Shown here: piece by piece, positions 61,101 to 64,000 of the stretch | Numbering within the stretch: the first letter of the stretch is position 1 | Layout of the letters: each line of letters starts with the position of its first letter | Translations under genes and position numbers: made by a program | The notes under the pieces: model-generated | Database searches by the model: none | The model's input: only the letters and a program-made list of their open reading frames with translations | Told to the model about the DNA's origin: nothing | DNA from: Candidatus Caccovivens sp. | Lineage (GTDB): Bacteria; Bacillota; Clostridia; Christensenellales; UBA1242 | Assembly (NCBI GenBank): GCA_051888935.1 | Contig: JBJFCL010000039.1 | Location: forward strand, 9,896-73,895 | DNA length: 64,000 nucleotides | Direction of reading: 5' to 3'

Positions 61101-64000
61101 ACTTATCTCTTGGAACTGTCAACACCAAGACATTGTCGTTTTATGTGACGGTCAACAAAGCAGAAATTGTTGGGAAGACAAACAGCGACGCCCTTATTGT
61201 TAGTGCAAAGAAACTTTTGGGAATTTATTGTACGGAAGCGGAAAAAAGTGCAATAAATAGTTGCCAAACTTTTGCAGGGATAGGAAATATTTTGGGACTT
61301 TCTGGAAAAACTGATGCCGAAATTGCTGAATTTATTTTCACAAAATATTATAAAATGCTGACAAATGTTGGTGTAATATATACAACTTACAAAAATTGGA
61401 CTTTTGAAGATTTTGAAACTTTTAAAGAAGAAAATCCTGATTCTGTAAGCGGATTGTTGGCAAATTTCAGTTTGGTTGATTTTTATGAATATGGTGCCCA
61501 AGATTACACATTGTCAGGTTATGACAAAACGATTTATCTAGATAGTGAAGATGTTTCTTCTGTTGAACTTTCGATTGAAGAAAGAAAAATCTTTGCCTAT
61601 GGAAATTTTGCTCCAAAGAACTCATATGACCTTCGTTTGTATTTGTCAGGTGATGCTATCGACAATTACAATGTGCTTCAAGACGATGAAGGGAACTATT
61701 ATGTTGTTGCAGGGAAAGTGCTTTTATTGCCAGAAATTTTGGTTTTGGAAAATCAAGAAAACAACAAATACACTTATTTCAATGGAAACTTGATAAATGT
61801 TGTTGTTGATTGGCAAGGGGATAGAGAAAGTTTTGAATATGACTATAAAACTTATTATCTTTTGAAAGACAAAATATATCTTAGTGCAAATGTTTATACA
61901 TCAAACATTGGTCGCTATGACTTGGACACAAATTATAATTTTAAAGATGGCTCAAACTATCTATACTTTGACGATGTCTCAATTGTCGAAAAGATATCTG
62001 ATACTGAGATTGTGAATGTCACAGAACATTTTGGTCTTACCATGAAAGAGAATGATATTTTCACAATTTTGAGTACCAAAGGAATGGCAAGTTTTGATAT
62101 CTCTGCAAGATATTTAACTATTGAAGATGGAATAACATATTTTAATATTCTTCCTACAAGTCTTTTTGAGGGTTTATTGAAAATAACTTCTGTGACCTAT
62201 GACAAAGATGGTGCACTTAAAACCACGCAAAACATGAATGGACTTTCTGTTGGAAATTTTGAAGATGATGGGGTTCCTCTTTTCCAAATACTTGCCAATA
62301 ACGATAATTCCGTTTCTATTCTTGTCAATCAAAGTGTAAGGAAGATTGTTGTCAACACTGCCACAAACTTTGTCAATGATTATGTTGGATTATACAAATG
62401 GACAACTTCATATATCGGCTATGTCGATGGGACAATGGAAACCAATGGGAATTACGAAATTGATGTTTCGTCATTAACTTTGACTGATGAAGGAGTGTCA
62501 GAGTTCTTCTATTATGCGGTTTATACTGACCTTGTTCAAGTGAATTACAAACTCAATCTTCCAGACGGATACGCAAATTCTTCTACCACTTCATCACTCA
62601 AATTGGGAAATTCGACCTATGACCATTTGAATATTCCATCAGAAAAAGGATTGATTTTAACCAATTTATACTTAACAAAATTGGACGGAACAAAAGTTAA
62701 TCTTTTGGAACAGCCTTCAAGTTTGTTTACTGGTGAAAATGGAGTTTTTGTTGGACTCAGCACGAGTGCTAGACACACAAAAATCATGCTGGAAGCAACT
62801 TGGAAAGCAGAGGAAATAATTTGTGAACAACTTATCACTTCAAAAACTTTGCCAGTGTCAACATTTAATAGACTTTACGCGTCAGAAGTTGCATATATTG
62901 AAAACAAAAATGAAACGCTTTACACTTATTCTTATGGTTGGTATAAGGACGGCGAGTTGGTTAGCACAAATGAACAACTTAAATTGACAAACAACGGTTC
63001 GTATGATGAAAGCGGAAATTATAGTTTGAAAATCACAGCGACATTGAAGAAATTGTTTGAATCATCGGTTGACAATGTTCAAGATGCGACCACTTCGACA
63101 GAACTAAGTTTTGATATGCTGTTTATGAGAAACAAGGTGCAAGGAATCTTTTTGCCTGAGCAGACAAGTTGTACTTATGATTCTTATGAACATATCAAGG
63201 ATTGGGAAGTTGTCTTTGAAATTGCACAATATGATGAATATATTGAAGGTTACAACATCGCAAATGAGCAAGGTTATCGCTATATTGAAACTGGTTCAAT
63301 TAAATTTGAAGCAAAAATTGGCTCTTCAAATGTTTCCACGATGAAAAATGCTGGAATTTACACAATAAACATTTTGATAGATGAAAATATTTATGAAGTT
63401 GGAGAAAGTTTGTCAACAACTTTCCAATTCACAGTATTGCCTTATGAGTTTGATTTGTTAGAAAAAGACATCAAAATGTCTAAATCTTTTAATGTTCAAG
63501 AGGGAGATTTAGAATATAAAACAACTTTGGTTAATAATGAGGAAATCACTTTGATTTTCACAAGAGATTTTGGTGAAGATGTTGGGGAATACAATCTCTA
63601 TATGTCAGATATTTTGGGAGATGTAAAAGGAAATTATTTGTTCAAAGCGGGAGACTCTGTTGTGTTTGAAAACGGCAGTTTGACGACCGAAGGACAGACA
63701 GAGTCAATTGGAATTTTTGAAATTGTTTCAAGTGGACGACTTTTGGTTAAATATGACACCAGTTCCACTTTGCCAGCGCAGATTTCAGCAGATTACAATG
63801 CGCAAGGATACACTATTTCATTGGAAGACAATTTCGTGCTTAAAATTTACAAAGCAGGTGCAGTTTTCAAAACCTTGACATTGAAGTTGTATGATGAATA
63901 TTCCAAGAAAGATGTGTCATCGCAAATGCGAGAGATTCTCAACAATCACATCTCTGCTTTGACTGCAAAATTCTATGATTCAACTTCAAAAGACTGCATT
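55151..64000 (+). CDS. giant secreted surface protein, partial (at least 2950 aa, runs off window end): GLUG beta-helix modules plus Listeria-Bacteroides repeats
   Basis: It is absent from the ORF track because no stop occurs before 64000; I translated several stretches in frame. RBS AAGGAGAA and signal peptide MKKKSVFFTLLICVLSVFGAFGFFDVNFASA. FQGTFDAQNHTIFNL is followed by GG(I/L)VG repeats. A second module is GDPYQIYTAGDL..FSGVFDGNGYTISGM. A Listeria-Bacteroides type repeat reads YYVKFNGNGATSGSM...GYEFAGWATESEGEKVY...LFAVWTP (about 60270-60500), with more near 57180-57560 and 59330-59530. Confidence 0.85.
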   Translation, partial: MKKKSVFFTLLICVLSVFGAFGFFDVNFASATSTSASVWDGEKQTTQPSDLDFYIDGAKYYIRSAKGLAYFANTINTKSGYQTYSGCTIYLETDIDLYNKSWIETKFWTPIGNETQYFQGTFDAQNHTIFNLNVSTADGNYAGLFGFTTGTIKNLKIKNANISSSVKYVGVIAGGVGLSTSSSQRRIEKCAVGGSITINSTNTNVGGLVGCVNKSTIYRSFSEVVINGGTASENSIGGIVGFANASTIDQCYNAGNITTTSQSKGYAGGIVGETTTGNVTINNSYNTANVAGFANAGGIVGRNEGSLTLKFVYNTGEISATNCGGIIGFNNSQASILNAMNLNENVQNLYNENSSASTDETNVYNYVNIQTLAKTREFYTSNYFSTDWDFSTVWNISTSKNNSLPYLINVNYSADNDVDYSFETTLKGSGIAGDPYQIYTAGDLGWLSFNYSNFSGKYFALQNDIDLSGKTWQPIGDSTIPFSGVFDGNGYTISGMTCSLQEQFGWHGLFGVTGDAVIKNLTVSDVKIINSGNANTIKDYEGYMGSFVGEIKGNTYIINCTDRSGISDLWTVRHVDGGTLYAIYGKRNANLDGLVDETTLKLGTNTVTKGYDIEIFGDKGNFYKPDGSIYMGTYHILADKSLTKVIDVTAIDSTFGQGAQSDDFGMLPTTSEYFGKQDVLIKRGYKLDGYKYNYSGNTVEGSLSPNNIVLGLTAVWKERTITLTVDYNSYERDNFGATETVTKELVVEYDSFVGDYPKIYESPVTRKGFEIEGIYKEYKDKEFSNLIVENAFINDSYSKTLFAKWIGKDTDDAKSQIRIVFNKTEDIFADNFDISDAVKSVKLNNSSGQNSISGTLSGNGVSIDYNTLYSDSVDNWLNLKLELNDGYEFAGDVFYDGLHSSIDPKFGVLTLTGYTSVDSDTKMPYVNGIQGFNNVKFYNLSGDYTINISLKRSSYSNTITIGNGVVFGVAPNLVETNQEGKIQPQALMNETFIYNFYSGANENLSSAFGFSKDNVFVGYDFENNKILTSNTIYDANTLDTKYTNGSQIRLTYGVDTARYFVYEMTTETIDGKETRIVTLYETNASWESFEKIVTLSTSDDINYKAEWLSKSSYTYIFSTEDDNLVFNNITPLNYMSDDNKMYGNNNKETKFLMSFTDINALLNEQNQVQNIQAVTAYTKAVFNYNFVEKVGDELRPIENAPIFTTQETAKDISENGTLAFSFEASRYYKFASDEEISLYNKYNVSNYNLKFVVSNVSDDSDKSWEKTFNDTNYKSNEYFQNILTDASTANPSMNFIKGTRDESTKEFAPDTFTFELPFAQNGLKAGYYEVYIVCEPVLYQLGIDTQFVDYSKTINGERPTTFEDETGHGIITTASNLSNAQSNMEDILYSDEISISTTLGENEAYEFYGWYFEGENYCGYIDIKDINYSFIYNDRYLSNLENNNGTRYGLNITAVYTKKEAKVEISDRVVLYDENGSGVEQEYNATNLQLAFSLNKQNVYNYKIEDEKDTSLHGLQISKTGNHADGYYILGWELRSGNEVVERYLPEADEVLDVFDLYELVKNQIENGQTDSSHTFTLVPIIKQKSVEIYFHSGAIGDYKQGKDGHVFDVNKTETTDSVYSYSTLFKNSTIYLGEELNGVVMDNQFASRTGYHMPSNNYWNWVDKNNSENKGTLNGSSVTLSARFFAYGQMKAELHFYRVWEANEYYVKFNGNGATSGSMSRQTLTYDTASLLNSNKFARAGYEFAGWATESEGEKVYDNQESVENLSDGNGAEVELFAVWTPKQYKIRIFTNGAESFNGENIVFDEQLTNAYDETITFANTFNEINIDSFNAERSGYKYSGIYTKNKTKITNSTIFDNNLYGFNFNDDYVLSLYIGWEFDTSKLSLGGVNSNLGTLVYNAYDQTIELSQAFKNAITNGYVVDKDEYEHLVISMPENWHTSVLLTLTSTQIGLVENARNTFFKVKDAGSYYVNLEISLKDETEYLSLGTVNTKTLSFYVTVNKAEIVGKTNSDALIVSAKKLLGIYCTEAEKSAINSCQTFAGIGNILGLSGKTDAEIAEFIFTKYYKMLTNVGVIYTTYKNWTFEDFETFKEENPDSVSGLLANFSLVDFYEYGAQDYTLSGYDKTIYLDSEDVSSVELSIEERKIFAYGNFAPKNSYDLRLYLSGDAIDNYNVLQDDEGNYYVVAGKVLLLPEILVLENQENNKYTYFNGNLINVVVDWQGDRESFEYDYKTYYLLKDKIYLSANVYTSNIGRYDLDTNYNFKDGSNYLYFDDVSIVEKISDTEIVNVTEHFGLTMKENDIFTILSTKGMASFDISARYLTIEDGITYFNILPTSLFEGLLKITSVTYDKDGALKTTQNMNGLSVGNFEDDGVPLFQILANNDNSVSILVNQSVRKIVVNTATNFVNDYVGLYKWTTSYIGYVDGTMETNGNYEIDVSSLTLTDEGVSEFFYYAVYTDLVQVNYKLNLPDGYANSSTTSSLKLGNSTYDHLNIPSEKGLILTNLYLTKLDGTKVNLLEQPSSLFTGENGVFVGLSTSARHTKIMLEATWKAEEIICEQLITSKTLPVSTFNRLYASEVAYIENKNETLYTYSYGWYKDGELVSTNEQLKLTNNGSYDESGNYSLKITATLKKLFESSVDNVQDATTSTELSFDMLFMRNKVQGIFLPEQTSCTYDSYEHIKDWEVVFEIAQYDEYIEGYNIANEQGYRYIETGSIKFEAKIGSSNVSTMKNAGIYTINILIDENIYEVGESLSTTFQFTVLPYEFDLLEKDIKMSKSFNVQEGDLEYKTTLVNNEEITLIFTRDFGEDVGEYNLYMSDILGDVKGNYLFKAGDSVVFENGSLTTEGQTESIGIFEIVSSGRLLVKYDTSSTLPAQISADYNAQGYTISLEDNFVLKIYKAGAVFKTLTLKLYDEYSKKDVSSQMREILNNHISALTAKFYDSTSKDCI

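Overview
AT-rich (about one-third G+C by eye) chromosomal segment from a low-GC Bacillota organism. It carries endospore-former markers: spo0A, yabP-yabQ-divIC-like genes, a YjcZ-like Cys/Gly peptide and a BclA-like collagen protein. The genetic code is standard, since TGA is used as a stop. I saw no rRNA, CRISPR array, transposase or integrase. Housekeeping content: iscR-iscS-iscU, mscL, typA, dnaB, gltX, trpS, an RluA-type pseudouridine synthase, a heterodimeric ABC exporter, an SDR oxidoreductase, tRNA-Arg(UCG) and tRNA-Ala(UGC). About 20 kb is taken by two giant surface proteins: a 3681-aa lipoprotein, and a second protein of at least 2950 aa that runs off the window end and is missing from the ORF track because it has no stop. 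The standout is a seven-gene, co-directional, translationally coupled operon at 18.2-26.0 kb. It encodes a YdjI-like SPFH protein with two zinc ribbons, a small membrane-anchored protein, a TPR-like protein, two ESCRT-III (Snf7/CHMP)-like proteins, a Vps4-like MIT-AAA+ ATPase, and a 1255-aa protein with zinc ribbon, TIR-like region, TPR array, three TM helices and an extracellular GLUG beta-helix. This looks like a complete ESCRT-III/Vps4-type membrane-remodelling module in a bacterium. Secondary points of interest: a soluble hybrid kinase, an Hpt protein and spo0A clustered as a possible non-canonical phosphorelay; a divergent DUF692/MNIO-like enzyme; a roughly 300-nt structured leader or ncRNA next to an orphan conjugative coupling protein; and shared GTTGAC/GTCAAC operator palindromes. 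All family calls come from motif recognition by eye. No searches were run, so novelty is unverified.
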